A stretch of 64,000 nucleotides of DNA from Picochlorum sp. SENEW3 (GCA_034226945.1 CP120463.1:62001-126000); one strand, 5' to 3'; positions 1-11,574 are shown, numbered from the stretch's first letter. Notes: a model not told the origin generated them from the letters alone. Made by a program: numbers and translations.

Positions 1-1066
1 GTATGGATTGTCTGCGTCAAGTGCAGAGCAGTATGGGATCGATGCACGTTTGGATTTGGAGATTCAGGTGTCGCTTATTGATTGGCACAAGGTCGAATTT
101 GTGACTGCAGACCACAAGGTTGTGAAAAAGTCTCTGAATTCTATTGATGACTGGAAGCACCCGAATGCAGGTGCCACTGTGAAAGTAAGTTATATTGGTA
201 GGCTTGAGGATGGGACTGTATTTGATGAGAAGCCAGAGGACTCTCCCCTTGAGTTTGTGACTGAGGAGGATCAGTGCCCTTGTGAGGGTTTGGAACTAGC
301 AATCATGAAGATGAAATTGCATGAGCATGCTCTTGTCAAAATTGACCCGGAATATGCCTTTGGAAACTCGGGATCCGAAGATTTGAATGTGCCTGGTGCA
401 GCAACAGTAATCTATGACATCAAATTGTTGGAAATGGAGAAGGCAAAAGAATCTTGGGATATGGATGAGGAGGAGAAGATCTCCAATGCTTCTTTGCTGA
501 AAGACAAAGGCAATGCTGCATTTAAAGCTGGAAAAGTTTCTCGTGCTATCAAATATTGGGACCGGTCAAAGACATGTGTGGAATTCAATGACAACTTCAG
601 TGCAGAGAACAAGGAGGAAGCTAAGAAGATTCTCAAGTCTCTGCAGTTGAATTCTGCAGCAGCATATCTGAAGATGAAAGAGCCATTGAGAGCGAGAGAA
701 GCAGCGTCAAAAGTAATAGAAACTGATCCATATAATATGAAAGCGTTGTACCGCAGAGCACAGTCATATATTGATACTCAAGATTGGATTGAAGCAGCAC
801 AAGATATTAAAGCTGCTCTCGGAAATGATCCAGATAACGGGGATTTCAAGATTCTTCGCAAGCGGCTCAAAACTGCAGAGGCAAAATCATCCAAGAAAGA
901 AAAGTCTTTGTGGTCATCTACATTCCAGAAGTTAGAGATTCAGGCAAAGAAGGAGCGAGAGATCGAGAAGGCAAGGGAAGAGGAATCAAAGAAATTGGAG
1001 GAGGCACCAGCAAACGATGATAACAAGGAGGAGAACGATGCCAAGGAAGATAAGAAGGAAACATGA
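1..1066 (+). CDS. FKBP-type peptidyl-prolyl isomerase with C-terminal TPR repeats (FKBP62/ROF1-like), 5' part outside the window
   Basis: FKBP domain (ATVKVSYIGRLEDGTVFD...GLELAIMKM...IDPEYAFG...IYDIKLL) followed by TPRs (KDKGNAAFKAGK, LNSAAAYLK, NMKALYRRAQSY). The frame is open to the window edge. Confidence 0.9.
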   Translation, partial: YGLSASSAEQYGIDARLDLEIQVSLIDWHKVEFVTADHKVVKKSLNSIDDWKHPNAGATVKVSYIGRLEDGTVFDEKPEDSPLEFVTEEDQCPCEGLELAIMKMKLHEHALVKIDPEYAFGNSGSEDLNVPGAATVIYDIKLLEMEKAKESWDMDEEEKISNASLLKDKGNAAFKAGKVSRAIKYWDRSKTCVEFNDNFSAENKEEAKKILKSLQLNSAAAYLKMKEPLRAREAASKVIETDPYNMKALYRRAQSYIDTQDWIEAAQDIKAALGNDPDNGDFKILRKRLKTAEAKSSKKEKSLWSSTFQKLEIQAKKEREIEKAREEESKKLEEAPANDDNKEENDAKEDKKET

Positions 1067-1138
1067 TCATTGTGTATCCCATAATTACATACATTATTCA
1101 TGTGAAGGAATTTTGAAAACAAGGACTCACAAGGGCCC

Positions 1139-2113
1139 CTACTCAACAGGATATGGCTCGCCAGATGGTTTGAAATTATTCTTTTCAGAAAATGGCTGGA
1201 ATATCCTCTCAACGATTTCAGGAACTTCTGGATTGAATTTCGGATCAAAATCTGTAAGAACAGGAGCTAGCTGCCATCTTAATGCTCTGCGAAGCCCTTC
1301 CATTCTTCGCCTGGCAACATTCTTGTCCACCAAGAACCCAGATGTCGTGCTGAATGAAATCTGACCTCTATCAAATCCCTCACTTTCTGGTTGCCCTCTA
1401 GAAACAGCTCTCACATTTACAATCGAATCGCCCTTTAAGAACAAGAACTCTGCATCAATGATCTCAATGGGATCAACATCCTGTGAAGATTCATTTTCTC
1501 CTCCTGAAGGGTACAGAGTGATCCTGACATACTCGGAACCACCCTGCGTGGTATGTCGATCGATAAGTTCACCCTTGAATGGAACCACAGCATCTTGAAG
1601 CTTTCTCTTCGGCTTCTCCGGCATCTCTCCGTTTCGCAGAACAGCGATCACACCCTTTGCTATGTATGCAGCAGCATCAGTCTGCTGCACACCAAACGGT
1701 GAATCAATGAACGAAGGATCATATGCCCCCCCAGTCGCAACGTCAATAAGCTTTTCAATGGCTTCTGACCTGTCAGTCTCGAACTCCCAAGGGGCTATGA
1801 AATGAGACTCGTCGTCGTTTAAAGTCGATACGCAAGAGTCCAAGTTCATTGAACAGGTATTCAGTGTTTCATTGATTTCCCCGATACAATCAGGTCCATT
1901 ACAGGATCCCTCTATTTGGGAAGATTTGGGCAAATCATCTGATCCAAATGCAGCCTGAGATACTTGATTGATTAAAACTCCAGTCACTAACATCAGCCCA
2001 TCCCTCCTAGAAGCATTCGCCTTGGCAATCACAGATCGATGTGCCCCTTGGCTATTAATGCTTTGATTGCTAATATAGAGCCTCCTGAGAGGAATATGCG
2101 TGATACTAGCCAT
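1139..2113 (-). CDS. DUF1499-family protein, probably thylakoid-lumenal
   Basis: CVST...FIAPWEF, EYVRI, IDAEFLF...IVNVRAVSR...RRRMEGLRRAL pattern. The N-terminus has a transit peptide with twin-Arg (SRRDGLML). First ATG at 2113. Confidence 0.65.
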   Translation of the reverse strand: MASITHIPLRRLYISNQSINSQGAHRSVIAKANASRRDGLMLVTGVLINQVSQAAFGSDDLPKSSQIEGSCNGPDCIGEINETLNTCSMNLDSCVSTLNDDESHFIAPWEFETDRSEAIEKLIDVATGGAYDPSFIDSPFGVQQTDAAAYIAKGVIAVLRNGEMPEKPKRKLQDAVVPFKGELIDRHTTQGGSEYVRITLYPSGGENESSQDVDPIEIIDAEFLFLKGDSIVNVRAVSRGQPESEGFDRGQISFSTTSGFLVDKNVARRRMEGLRRALRWQLAPVLTDFDPKFNPEVPEIVERIFQPFSEKNNFKPSGEPYPVE

Positions 2114-2227
2114 TTGTGGTTCAACCACAGCGTTTGTTCACTCACCAGTTGGAGGTTGCGAGTCTGAATGTTTACACGGACGAATATCCACAGGTGACCG
2201 ACAAAAATTTCATTAAATATTTCTGCA

Positions 2228-4192
2228 TTAAGAAGGCTCTTCGTCCTCGTCAGAATATGAAGGCACCTGACCAGCATTGACCCATGGAAGCAAGCTTCTA
2301 AGAAATCCTGCCAAAGCACCAGTATCTTCAAGATTTTCGATCTGGCCATCTTGCATGGCGTTCGCCAGAATAGCCTCCATTTCATGTGGCTGTAAGTCGT
2401 CCATTGGATCAGGATGCTGTTGAAGAGCATCTTGCACTTCTTCTGGGGGTAATGCAGCAACCGAATCTGAGAAATCATGAACATGGAGATGATTGTAGGA
2501 ATTTTCTTCACTTGCAGGAAATGCTTGTTTCCTCATACTTGTCCAATCGTCGATGGCGAGACCAAAAGGTAATTTTTGTCTCTGCACGTCTGATGGATCT
2601 GATGCTGCATATGCCACTGTCTTTGCTGCTCTCAGCATAAAATCCTGGACAGCGGATGATTTCCAAAGCAAATGGTGCCTTTCGATGACAATATCTACAA
2701 TTCTTTCCAAAGAAGCGTTCTCAGCCAGTGCTTCAGCAGTAGCAGACCCGAATGGATCCATCTGTAGTACCTCTTCCCAAGAATGTGAGATGGCAACCTT
2801 GACATCCTCTTGTAACTTCTTTTGAAGCTTGACGAGTACCTCGGGATGTATCATTATAGCTTTCGTCAACAAATTGTCAGCCGATGTATCTCTATTCTCA
2901 TTGGCATGGCCATTTTGCCCAGCATCCAGCTGTTGATAAAACCTTGCCAATGCAACAGAATATACAATGTTTGGCATGATTGCGATTCCCCCGTCGTCAT
3001 ATTGTTGGGACATCTGATGCAAGAAATCATACTTTTTGCACCTCAGGGCGTAGTAATCAATTGTGAAGAGAATGCCACATGGATCGTGCGAATTCAATGA
3101 GAGCATCAGCTTTGAAATCTCCAATGCACTCCTGTGCAGCCCTCGCTTTCCAAGTATCTGGATATATCTCATTAGACAGCGAAAGAATGATTTATTATGA
3201 TTCTCGTAGGGAACATGGATCCCTGGCCCAGTATTGATTGAATTTATAAATGTTCTAGGCCAACCTCGCTCTAGGATGTACAATGCTTTTTCTATCAACT
3301 CATCGGAGTAGGCTCCATCGCCTGTGGATCTATATACGTCTGCCATCGTCAAAAGACCATCTACATGATACGGATAGGCTTGTAACAATCCCATCAGCAT
3401 CCTAGGATTGAATGATGCCTGGCACTCAGCGAATTTGGCTTGCACAGACTCATAAAACTGGGATCCAATATATGTCATAATTGCCTTTCCGTCAGGACTT
3501 GTGCCCGTCTGTGTCAATTTAAGATCATCAATTCGAAATGCGGGCCATGTATTTCTTGGATGGATAAGGATTCCGTCTCGGAGTTCGTGCTGCCTAATCA
3601 ATCCGCGGGCAGCCAAGCGACGGATCCTCCTGCTCGCCCCTGAGAACCCATCCCCGTTAGAGAGTTCTCGTTCACTTCTTGTTTCACGCGTCACGTCAGA
3701 TCCGAACAAGCGTTTCAACTCCTCCTCAGCCCGAAGATATTTGGACTGAATTTGTAGAAGAGCACCTCTTTTACTGTCTGATGAAGTAGCAGTATCCTCA
3801 CATTTGACTGGCATTTCGATATTTAGCTCTCGGAAAACTTTTTCAAGATCTTCTTCTTCCTCCTCCTCACTACCTCCAGCCTCTGCGGTTGATTTAAATG
3901 CCAGCGACGCCTTTTTCTTCTTCCTCTTAGTCTTCTTGGCTTTGTGTGTGACTTGAACAGTCAGTTCCTCCTCCTCCTCCTCCTCCTCCTCTTCACACGC
4001 TTCCGGCTCTGAATGCTCCTCATCCCCAGTCAATAAACTGAATGGGTTGAACACCGTGCCACCTACGTCATCAGATGATGCACTACTCGGTGGAGACTGA
4101 GCAGCAGGAGAGATTTGGTCCTGCTCATCTTCCTCTACCTTCAGCAGACTCTCTCGCTCCTTTAGCAGCTTCTGCAACTGTCTACCACCCAT
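2228..4192 (-). CDS. TCF25: TCF25/Rqc1-like ribosome quality control protein
   Basis: N-terminal MGGRQLQKL and FNPFSLL, LRAEEELKRLFG, LLQAYPYHVDGLL, RGLHRSALEISKLMLSL..DPCG...IDYYALR, and C-terminal FLRSLLPW. Confidence 0.88.
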   Translation of the reverse strand: MGGRQLQKLLKERESLLKVEEDEQDQISPAAQSPPSSASSDDVGGTVFNPFSLLTGDEEHSEPEACEEEEEEEEEELTVQVTHKAKKTKRKKKKASLAFKSTAEAGGSEEEEEEDLEKVFRELNIEMPVKCEDTATSSDSKRGALLQIQSKYLRAEEELKRLFGSDVTRETRSERELSNGDGFSGASRRIRRLAARGLIRQHELRDGILIHPRNTWPAFRIDDLKLTQTGTSPDGKAIMTYIGSQFYESVQAKFAECQASFNPRMLMGLLQAYPYHVDGLLTMADVYRSTGDGAYSDELIEKALYILERGWPRTFINSINTGPGIHVPYENHNKSFFRCLMRYIQILGKRGLHRSALEISKLMLSLNSHDPCGILFTIDYYALRCKKYDFLHQMSQQYDDGGIAIMPNIVYSVALARFYQQLDAGQNGHANENRDTSADNLLTKAIMIHPEVLVKLQKKLQEDVKVAISHSWEEVLQMDPFGSATAEALAENASLERIVDIVIERHHLLWKSSAVQDFMLRAAKTVAYAASDPSDVQRQKLPFGLAIDDWTSMRKQAFPASEENSYNHLHVHDFSDSVAALPPEEVQDALQQHPDPMDDLQPHEMEAILANAMQDGQIENLEDTGALAGFLRSLLPWVNAGQVPSYSDEDEEPS

Positions 4193-4482
4193 TTTATGGA
4201 ATATAATTTGGAGTATAGCACTGCATTCAATGCTGACATGACGGAATTCCGCCGTGACTCGCTCGAGAATTATCAAAATAAGAAACGCTGTCCCACTGGG
4301 ACAGATCACAAGGCTTTTCAAATGCCATATGGCAATCCATATTCAATTAGAATATCTTAATGATGAATATCTTGGATTTATCGGTACGTTTGTTGCAGAA
4401 TTTCCGGTTTCAATGCACTATATGAAGACGAACATGTCGTACTGCACCGCAGGATGACTCCATTGCACATATATGTACATTT

Positions 4483-5769
4483 TTGAATAGAGTAGAAGAT
4501 CTTTCTGCATTTGAGTTGACTTGCATACGCATTCGAAGAGTTATAACAGGTTGCAGTTGTTGGAATAGTATCACCAAAGAGGTGAAGAATATAGGAGCCC
4601 TCCTAGATGGTTTGTCCTATTCTGATTGCCCTACACAGAAGAATTCACCCTGTATGACACATAGTAAGCAAGATGATTCATCACTCGTACCATGCCGCGC
4701 AGCCATGGAAAAGTATGTCGCAAAATTGTTGTCATGGGGGGGTGACAAGGCTCTGCTGAGGATGTGGCCACTTTGTGCCACATCATACGATAATAATCAT
4801 GAAAACCTCGACAATGTACTTTCTCCAATTGTCAAAAGCTTGCGGGGGTTTTCATACTGGTCGTCTGTCGGTAGTGATGATGAGAGTAGTGGAGAATCTC
4901 TGGCATTTGCATTGGATATGCCAGTATGTGTCATCAAATCAATCTCTGTGAGACCATTCCAGGCATGGTTCCAAGATGAATTTCCTATTTACGGTTCTAA
5001 GAAGATACAGTTTAGAATTGGCGGAATTCCCATGTTTAGACACCACACAAAGCTAAACCCAATGCAGCAAGTGGATCTTGCTGCTGCTGACCTGGGCATT
5101 GATGGGGCCTGTGTCGCTCTCTCAAAAACGGTATTAATGGAAACATATAGAAAAAGAAATGAAAATAGTGCAGATGTAGATGCTCAAGCCCAGGAAATAG
5201 TCGCACGGATTCGTTCCAGATCAAATGATACTGCAGCAGTACCTGCTGGCCAATGGGATGAGGCCACGGCCACATGGACGAGTCCACAATACGACATACG
5301 AAATGAAGACAAATTACAGAGCTTTGATATACCTGGAATACTTTGCATTGGTGGCTATCTACGGATAGATCTGATAGGCAGAAATTCTCGCCAAGAAATT
5401 GACAACAAGTACTATACCTGCCTTGGTAGAGTATGCATCACTGGCCATCCCCTCCCAGGATTTTATGCTGACTTTTCAAAACAGAACAATTGGACGTATG
5501 GTTTTGACCCAGCAAACAGGCAACTGTTCTCGGGAGAAAAACTGGGATATGAGACTCTGTATGATGATAGTTCCTCAGAGAGCGAAATGTACACAACCCA
5601 GCATCAGTTCAACGCATTCCTTGACAGTTTAGAGAACATCCCTGAGCCAAACGAGCGGGAATTGCAGGCATCATTGGACCGATTCCACCGAGGTGGTGTA
5701 TTCATCTATGACGATGATGATGACGATGATGATGCACAAGGCAATGCCGTGCCTCTGGATGATGAATAA
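4483..5769 (+). CDS. Plant At4g00755-type F-box-associated protein; start uncertain
   Basis: SYWSSVGS...ESLAFAL...CVIKSISVRPFQAWFQ..PIYGSKKIQFRIG and WTSPQYDIRNEDKLQSFDIP..LCIGGYLRIDLIGR..RQEID.KYYTCL match the family pattern as I recall it. Confidence 0.7.
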   Translation: MNRVEDLSAFELTCIRIRRVITGCSCWNSITKEVKNIGALLDGLSYSDCPTQKNSPCMTHSKQDDSSLVPCRAAMEKYVAKLLSWGGDKALLRMWPLCATSYDNNHENLDNVLSPIVKSLRGFSYWSSVGSDDESSGESLAFALDMPVCVIKSISVRPFQAWFQDEFPIYGSKKIQFRIGGIPMFRHHTKLNPMQQVDLAAADLGIDGACVALSKTVLMETYRKRNENSADVDAQAQEIVARIRSRSNDTAAVPAGQWDEATATWTSPQYDIRNEDKLQSFDIPGILCIGGYLRIDLIGRNSRQEIDNKYYTCLGRVCITGHPLPGFYADFSKQNNWTYGFDPANRQLFSGEKLGYETLYDDSSSESEMYTTQHQFNAFLDSLENIPEPNERELQASLDRFHRGGVFIYDDDDDDDDAQGNAVPLDDE

Positions 5770-6456
5770 ATGGATACAGACTGCAAGCATCGTGTAAGAA
5801 TATGAGCAAACATTCATTCAGTGCTACCACATCTATCACACAGAATGAATTGCCCCAGCGTCACCGCGGAGCCCAAACCTCATAGTGCTGAGGCCTCCAT
5901 CCTCAGCATGGAAGAGGGTCCTCTCCGGCCGAGTTCCCACTCGAGCATTTCCAAATTCGTAATTCAACGGTATTGGAAATTTCGAATGATTTGACCAAGT
6001 GGGTCGAGATACCCCCTCCACCCAAAGTAAAATTGCAAATAATTCAGTAGTAGTAGATAATTGCATCCCATTTTGGAGTGAACTCTAAATAGGATCCTTA
6101 AACCGTACGAGAGCATCAAAGGTTGGACGATCCACGCCGAGCGGGAGACACCATTTGCTGCGTCATCGGCATCGTGCGCTCAACAATTTTATCACAGGTA
6201 TGTTATATATCGGGTTTTGCTACCAACGGGTGGGTTTGGCCTCGGGGGAAGGGGAATTGAGGGTTGCGGCGTGAGCATCGTAGAGGCTCCTACCAACCAG
6301 CAGAGCCCGCTCCAGGATGACGGGATTGAGGGAGGTAGGGAATTCATTGGTGGAATATATGCATAGAATTCATCTCTAAGAAACCATTTGGGGGTGTTGA
6401 GGGTGGGTATGGCGGACGTGTGTGCGCGCGCACCAATATCCCGCCCTCAGGGTGGC

Positions 6457-6480
6457 GCTCTCTCTCTCTCTCTCTTTCTT
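6457..6480 (+). repeat. (CT)n microsatellite/polypyrimidine tract, probably an intron acceptor in the long leader of the cyclin-like gene
   Basis: ctctctctctctctctctttcttt followed immediately by AG. Confidence 0.6.
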
Positions 6481-7347
6481 TAGGGAGATCTCTGATCAGA
6501 TAATAAGCTGCAGAGAGCATCATGCAGTTCGAGGCATGCTGCTCCTGTCATCATATCTGTGAGTGCCCTATCCTAGATGTATAGAAATACATTGGTGAAT
6601 GAGGAGGGTGTAGCAACCAAACCGTGTGGATGGCAGGTGCCCATATCTTGAGAGAGCGCCCCATGCAAAACCCCTTGGCGCCTCCTCATCTGTAGATTCT
6701 GTGATGGATGTACTAGAGTGGGCGGGAGTTGGGTGGGATTGGTATAAATGAATTCTCATATTTTATATAGGATAGTGAGGCATTGTTTTTCCATTCTTGG
6801 AATTCTAGTTGTACGTCCGTGGTTTCAGTTGGGGTTGTTTCAAATCGAGGGCCGCATCATCAACCCCTGTCGTGGGAGGGTTAGGTCTCCATCACATGCC
6901 CTATGCATGTGTAGGGGGTCTTATTTATTCTATATTGTACATTGAGGGAATATCGGAGGCGGAATTGGGTTCTGGTGCCCGCATCGCGGATACTCGTGCC
7001 CTTGGACGCAACCCTCGCGAGTGCCTCGAATTAGTCTGTCTACATTTTGAACGCACGTTTGACATGGGTGTGGGTGTGTCGCTGTAGGGAAGGAGATAGT
7101 TTTGTAGGTCGTTGCCATCCAGTCGTAGATACCTCATAGGCATACAGATCTGGAGTCCTTGGATGGGTGTTTGAGTCTCTCCAGGATTTTCTTATTTTGC
7201 ACTGTTCTCTTTGAAAGGAGGAGCATATTTCATTTCATCAGGTGCAGCCTTTAATTTGTATGAAAAATTTGTTTTTCTACTGCTATTCATCAGGGACGTG
7301 TTGGTATTGAAATCCACATCTCAGTCTAGAGTAGATTTGGTACGAGG

Positions 7348-8196
7348 ATGAGGTTCTTGCTGAACAAGCGAAAGCCTGAAGATTCGACCTCTCGGGAGAA
7401 TAAAGTAGGAGAGAAGGTATACGTGTGCTGCGAATCGGAAGATGGGGCACCTTTGTCGCAGAAGGCATTCAAGGTGGTGCCTTCAGTCAACGGAGTTCCA
7501 ATTGAAGCAAGTGGTGACACCGAGATGGTGAGCTTGATGTCGGATTCGAGCTCTGTGGATACAACTGAGGCATTCTATGGCAGTCCACGATCTATTTTAC
7601 ACCCAGTTTCTGCTCGAGAGAGCGAAAGAGAAGCGTTCATCCACAAGTGTATCCGCCACCTGCAGTCATGGATGCCAGGGCAGGTGCGCCCCCATGCGGT
7701 GCTGTGCCAGAACATCGACAAGGCGAACGACAGTATTTCCAATTGCAAATTGCCCGGTACGGGAGAGTTTATTCCAGTTGACTACAGCTGTCCAATGCTC
7801 CCAATTTTCGATTATTGCGACATTGATGCGATATCTGTGGCTCTGGGGGCATCATACTTTCAGCGCCTGTTGGAGAAGAAGCCTTCCATGAAGGCTGCAG
7901 CTCGTGAAACAGGATGGTTTGTACAGACTTATAATGAGAAAAATGGGGATGTGCAGACACGGATGAGAGCTGTGTACTCACCCACCAATACAGGCCTACT
8001 GGTCATTTACACAACATGCATTTACATTGCAGCAAAGTTCGCTGATCGCATCAAGTACAAGAGACTTCTCAGTGCACTTTTGTTTTCCATGCTTGATTCC
8101 TACGTCTCGGAGGAAACCGCTTGTGACTTGGAGGCTCGATGCTTGTCTAAACTTGAATGGAGATTGGGACCCATTCTGGATACAGATGCATACTAG
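7348..8196 (+). CDS. Atypical cyclin-box protein
   Basis: C-terminal cyclin-fold signature: ALGASYFQRL ... TCIYIAAKF ... DLEARCLSKLEWRL. Confidence 0.7.
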   Translation: MRFLLNKRKPEDSTSRENKVGEKVYVCCESEDGAPLSQKAFKVVPSVNGVPIEASGDTEMVSLMSDSSSVDTTEAFYGSPRSILHPVSARESEREAFIHKCIRHLQSWMPGQVRPHAVLCQNIDKANDSISNCKLPGTGEFIPVDYSCPMLPIFDYCDIDAISVALGASYFQRLLEKKPSMKAAARETGWFVQTYNEKNGDVQTRMRAVYSPTNTGLLVIYTTCIYIAAKFADRIKYKRLLSALLFSMLDSYVSEETACDLEARCLSKLEWRLGPILDTDAY

Positions 8197-8847
8197 CATT
8201 CTTTTATTTTTAGCAACGCCGCAAATTAGATGCAAGCTCTTTGGACTTTTTTTTCTTCGATGGGTTTTATTCCCATATTCCATATTGCATAGATTATTTT
8301 GGAGCAGGCTTGATGGATTTGCACATCACCTGCGTGAGAAGGGTATAGCAAGATGCCACTGGTTTTTTTATAGAGATATCTGGGATGCTTTCCATCCTCA
8401 TTCGAGGTTTTGAGTTTTGAGCTTAGGCACTCATTTTACAAGAGTAGTATACTGTGCATTGTCTAGGACGCTATCGTGAGAACAGAGTTGTATGTGGGTT
8501 GTCCCGTAGCGGTTACTATCGTAAAGTCCAAGAAGAGTGGCATGTCCACATAAAGGTGCTGATTCAACAGCAATGAATGATGATACAGAGTAAACAACAA
8601 GAACAGGATGCATGTGGTGAGGTGGCCATGAATATTAATGGTCAACTCACAGCAACGTTATGAAGATATGAAAGATGTTCTTACTTGTCACATGATTAAA
8701 AACTATTATTATCATTGTAATCGAATAGAATAATGGATATTTATCATTCCAGCGAATGGATATTCCATCCTGCGCAGGCGTTTTCAAAGTAGAGTTGTCC
8801 AGAGTGAAATCTTGTACAGTATTTTGAAGGCTTTTGCGCTCGCCCAC

Positions 8848-10440
8848 ATGGACGATCGGATAATTTTGCACATCGATTTAGACTGTTTCTATTGTCAAGT
8901 AGAACATAGGAGATTAGGGATCCCAAGGGAGGTGCCACTCGCAGTTCAGCAATGGGATGGTTTAATAGCTGTAAACTATCCAGCAAGAGAACAAGGGGTC
9001 ACGCGGCATATGAGGACAACTGAAGCATTGGCAATTTGTCCAAATATTAGTTTGGTTCATGTGCAAACGATTGGAGATGGTGATTCCCTCGATGGTCCAG
9101 TGGACAAGGTGAGACTGACTCAAAAGGCTTGTTTAGAACGATATCGACTGGCAAATGCAGAGATTTTGGATGTTCTACATACTGAGGTGCCTAATTCAAG
9201 AATCGAAAAGGCTAGTATTGATGAAGTTTACATTGATGTGACGGATTTGGTGGATTTGGAGATGCCAAAGTTTGAGGCAGACAGACCTGGAAGAGATTCT
9301 GAAGGGCAGCCTTTGTTTTCCTGGGGAAGCGTTGTGTATGGGACAGGGTCCCTCGATCCCATGAATGTGATCGAGAAAAGGCTATCATATGGTGCGATGA
9401 TCGCGTCGAGATTGCGCGGAGCGATACAGACAAAGACTGGGTTTTCTTCTTCTGCTGGAATTTCGGTGAACAAATTGTTGGCTAAAATTGGTTCAGCAAA
9501 GAATAAGCCCAATCAACAAACTCTCATACGGCCTCGAGTGGTTCAAGAGTTAATGTCAGAGTTGCCACTTAGAAAATTGCGATTGTTGGGGGGCAAATTT
9601 GGGGAAGAATTGGCGAGCCTTTGTAAAGGTTACATTGAGGACTCTGGTCGCGAGCTTGTCGTGGCAGATGTTCATTCGATTCCGTATAATGCACTTGTTG
9701 CAAAGTTTGGAACTGAGAAATCTTCTTGGGTCCATGATATGATACAGGGAAGGGATTCAGAGGATGTGAAGGAGAGAGAGAAGCAAAAAAGTATGCTTGC
9801 AGCAAAATCGTTTGCAGCATCAAGCGATATCACAGTGATAGAGCGGTGGATTTCTATTTTGGCAGCAGAACTTGCTCCTAGAATGAAATCGGATTATGAG
9901 ACATATAATAGAAGGCCAAAGACGCTCGGGGTCCATTTCAGGCAGCAACCGAAGAAGGCTGGTCAATTCTCATCAGATAGAACAAGGCAGTCCCCAATGC
10001 CAAGGATGCCACCCCAGATGCCATGTAAGAAGATTTTGACGGGGGCAGCTATGGAAATTTTCAAAACCAGGTGTGCATCAGAGGCAATGCCTTGTGTACG
10101 CCTGGCGTTAAGTGCCTCGGACTTTGTTGAATGCCCAAATGAATCCAAGGCAATCACGAGATTTTTAACGCAGGTCAAGAAAAAAGCAATATCTTCTTGC
10201 GATGATAATACTGCCCAAAATACTTCAGTGCAGCTGGATTCCAAAGTAGAGGAGAAACAGGATGGTATCTCTTGCCCTCTGCTCGACAGTGTGAATGTCG
10301 AGGAGCAGGAAAAACTATTGAGAGAAGCCAGCATGCTGCACAGGCTAGAAAAATCGAAAGCAAATATAACTCAAAAGAATCAGCAAGTATCCAAACGAAT
10401 AAAAACTGGGGGCATTCAAAAATTTTTTCAGCCCAAATGA
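8848..10440 (+). CDS. POLH: DNA polymerase eta (Y family)
   Basis: ILHIDLDCFYCQVE, LAVQQW..LIAVNYPAR, EKASIDEVYID, SAGISVNKLLAK...KNKPNQQT, and a C-terminal PIP-like GIQKFF. Confidence 0.93.
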   Translation: MDDRIILHIDLDCFYCQVEHRRLGIPREVPLAVQQWDGLIAVNYPAREQGVTRHMRTTEALAICPNISLVHVQTIGDGDSLDGPVDKVRLTQKACLERYRLANAEILDVLHTEVPNSRIEKASIDEVYIDVTDLVDLEMPKFEADRPGRDSEGQPLFSWGSVVYGTGSLDPMNVIEKRLSYGAMIASRLRGAIQTKTGFSSSAGISVNKLLAKIGSAKNKPNQQTLIRPRVVQELMSELPLRKLRLLGGKFGEELASLCKGYIEDSGRELVVADVHSIPYNALVAKFGTEKSSWVHDMIQGRDSEDVKEREKQKSMLAAKSFAASSDITVIERWISILAAELAPRMKSDYETYNRRPKTLGVHFRQQPKKAGQFSSDRTRQSPMPRMPPQMPCKKILTGAAMEIFKTRCASEAMPCVRLALSASDFVECPNESKAITRFLTQVKKKAISSCDDNTAQNTSVQLDSKVEEKQDGISCPLLDSVNVEEQEKLLREASMLHRLEKSKANITQKNQQVSKRIKTGGIQKFFQPK

Positions 10441-10466
10441 ATACATGAATTTGATTGAATCGTCAG

Positions 10467-11574
10467 TTAGCTGTCTTTAACAACCCGTATGAGAGGCCCA
10501 ACCGTGGTGTCTTCTACATGCACTACACCAGACCCTATTAAATCTTTTAAATGCCATCCAATATTCAACTGTGAGCTTTTTAGCTTTATTTGTTGTATTT
10601 TTGACTGTAGCATCTGCCCATATTTTTTTTTTTTAATAATGGATAGCAGTTCTCTCCTGCCAGCAAGTAGTGATTTCACAACATGCCCTGATCCGGGAAG
10701 ACAAAACACAAATCGCTGCCCGTGAGATGACAATGAGCTATCTCTTTGAAGCAATGACTGCTGCATCAGCAGATCAATATCCTTGTCTGTCACACCTCTT
10801 CGAACCCCTTTCCTGCACAAAGACATGTCTGACACACCCATCACATCATATCACATGCTTCCGTACGATGATTCTCTCATGTTCCAGTGCGCTCTATGAC
10901 TATTGTGTACGATGCACGTGTCCATCATTTTTGGCAAGATGATTGTCATGGGCCAGTTGCACACCCCAGCACATGATGATTATGTTGCCATGCACTTGGC
11001 ACTAACATATGGAGCCTTTCATCAACACACATACGCACCCTTCCATTCCCTTTGGGACTGAGAGCCCTCGTTTCAAATCCTCTTCGGCAATAGTCGATGC
11101 AGTATGTCTAGACACCACATCATCCTTGAACCATTCCAACACTGATCCCAATCTCCCACTGCACCCTTCCATGCAGTTCTGAATCACGTTGCAATACTCT
11201 GACGTTTCTACATATCCTTCATCCCATTCTGTAGGTATATGCAAAACTCGTATCGCGTTTGTCCTTCGTAGATGGTCCAACTCCACATCAGCATCTGTCT
11301 TATCCCTCACAATAGTATACACATGTGACTTCAACACAAATGGACACATAGGAAACTCGCTTCTCAACAACCGAATCGCAGCAAGAACATCACACACAGC
11401 ATCATGTTCTTCGACCTCATCATCACCCCAATCCACTGCTGGAGCCTGTTGACACTCACCAGGTGCCCCTGGCACGCCAGTCTTCATCCTCTTCCTTCCC
11501 TGAGCCCCTTCCGCCTCACTACACAATTTTTCTAATCCCTCCGCATCCTGCAACCGTTTTTCTTCACGTGCCAT
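10467..11574 (-). CDS. STK19: STK19-like protein; 2 exons (11574-11039, 10812-10467)
   Basis: PFVLKSHVYTIVRDKTDADVELDHLR and GRRELLSIIKKKKYGQML...LKSSQLNIGWHLKDLIGSG.V...TTVGPLIR. The GT-AG intron 11038-10813 joins the two ORFs in frame. Confidence 0.8.

Noticed and set aside
3966..3995. (CTC)n triplet run
   Set aside because: It simply encodes the poly-Glu tract of TCF25.
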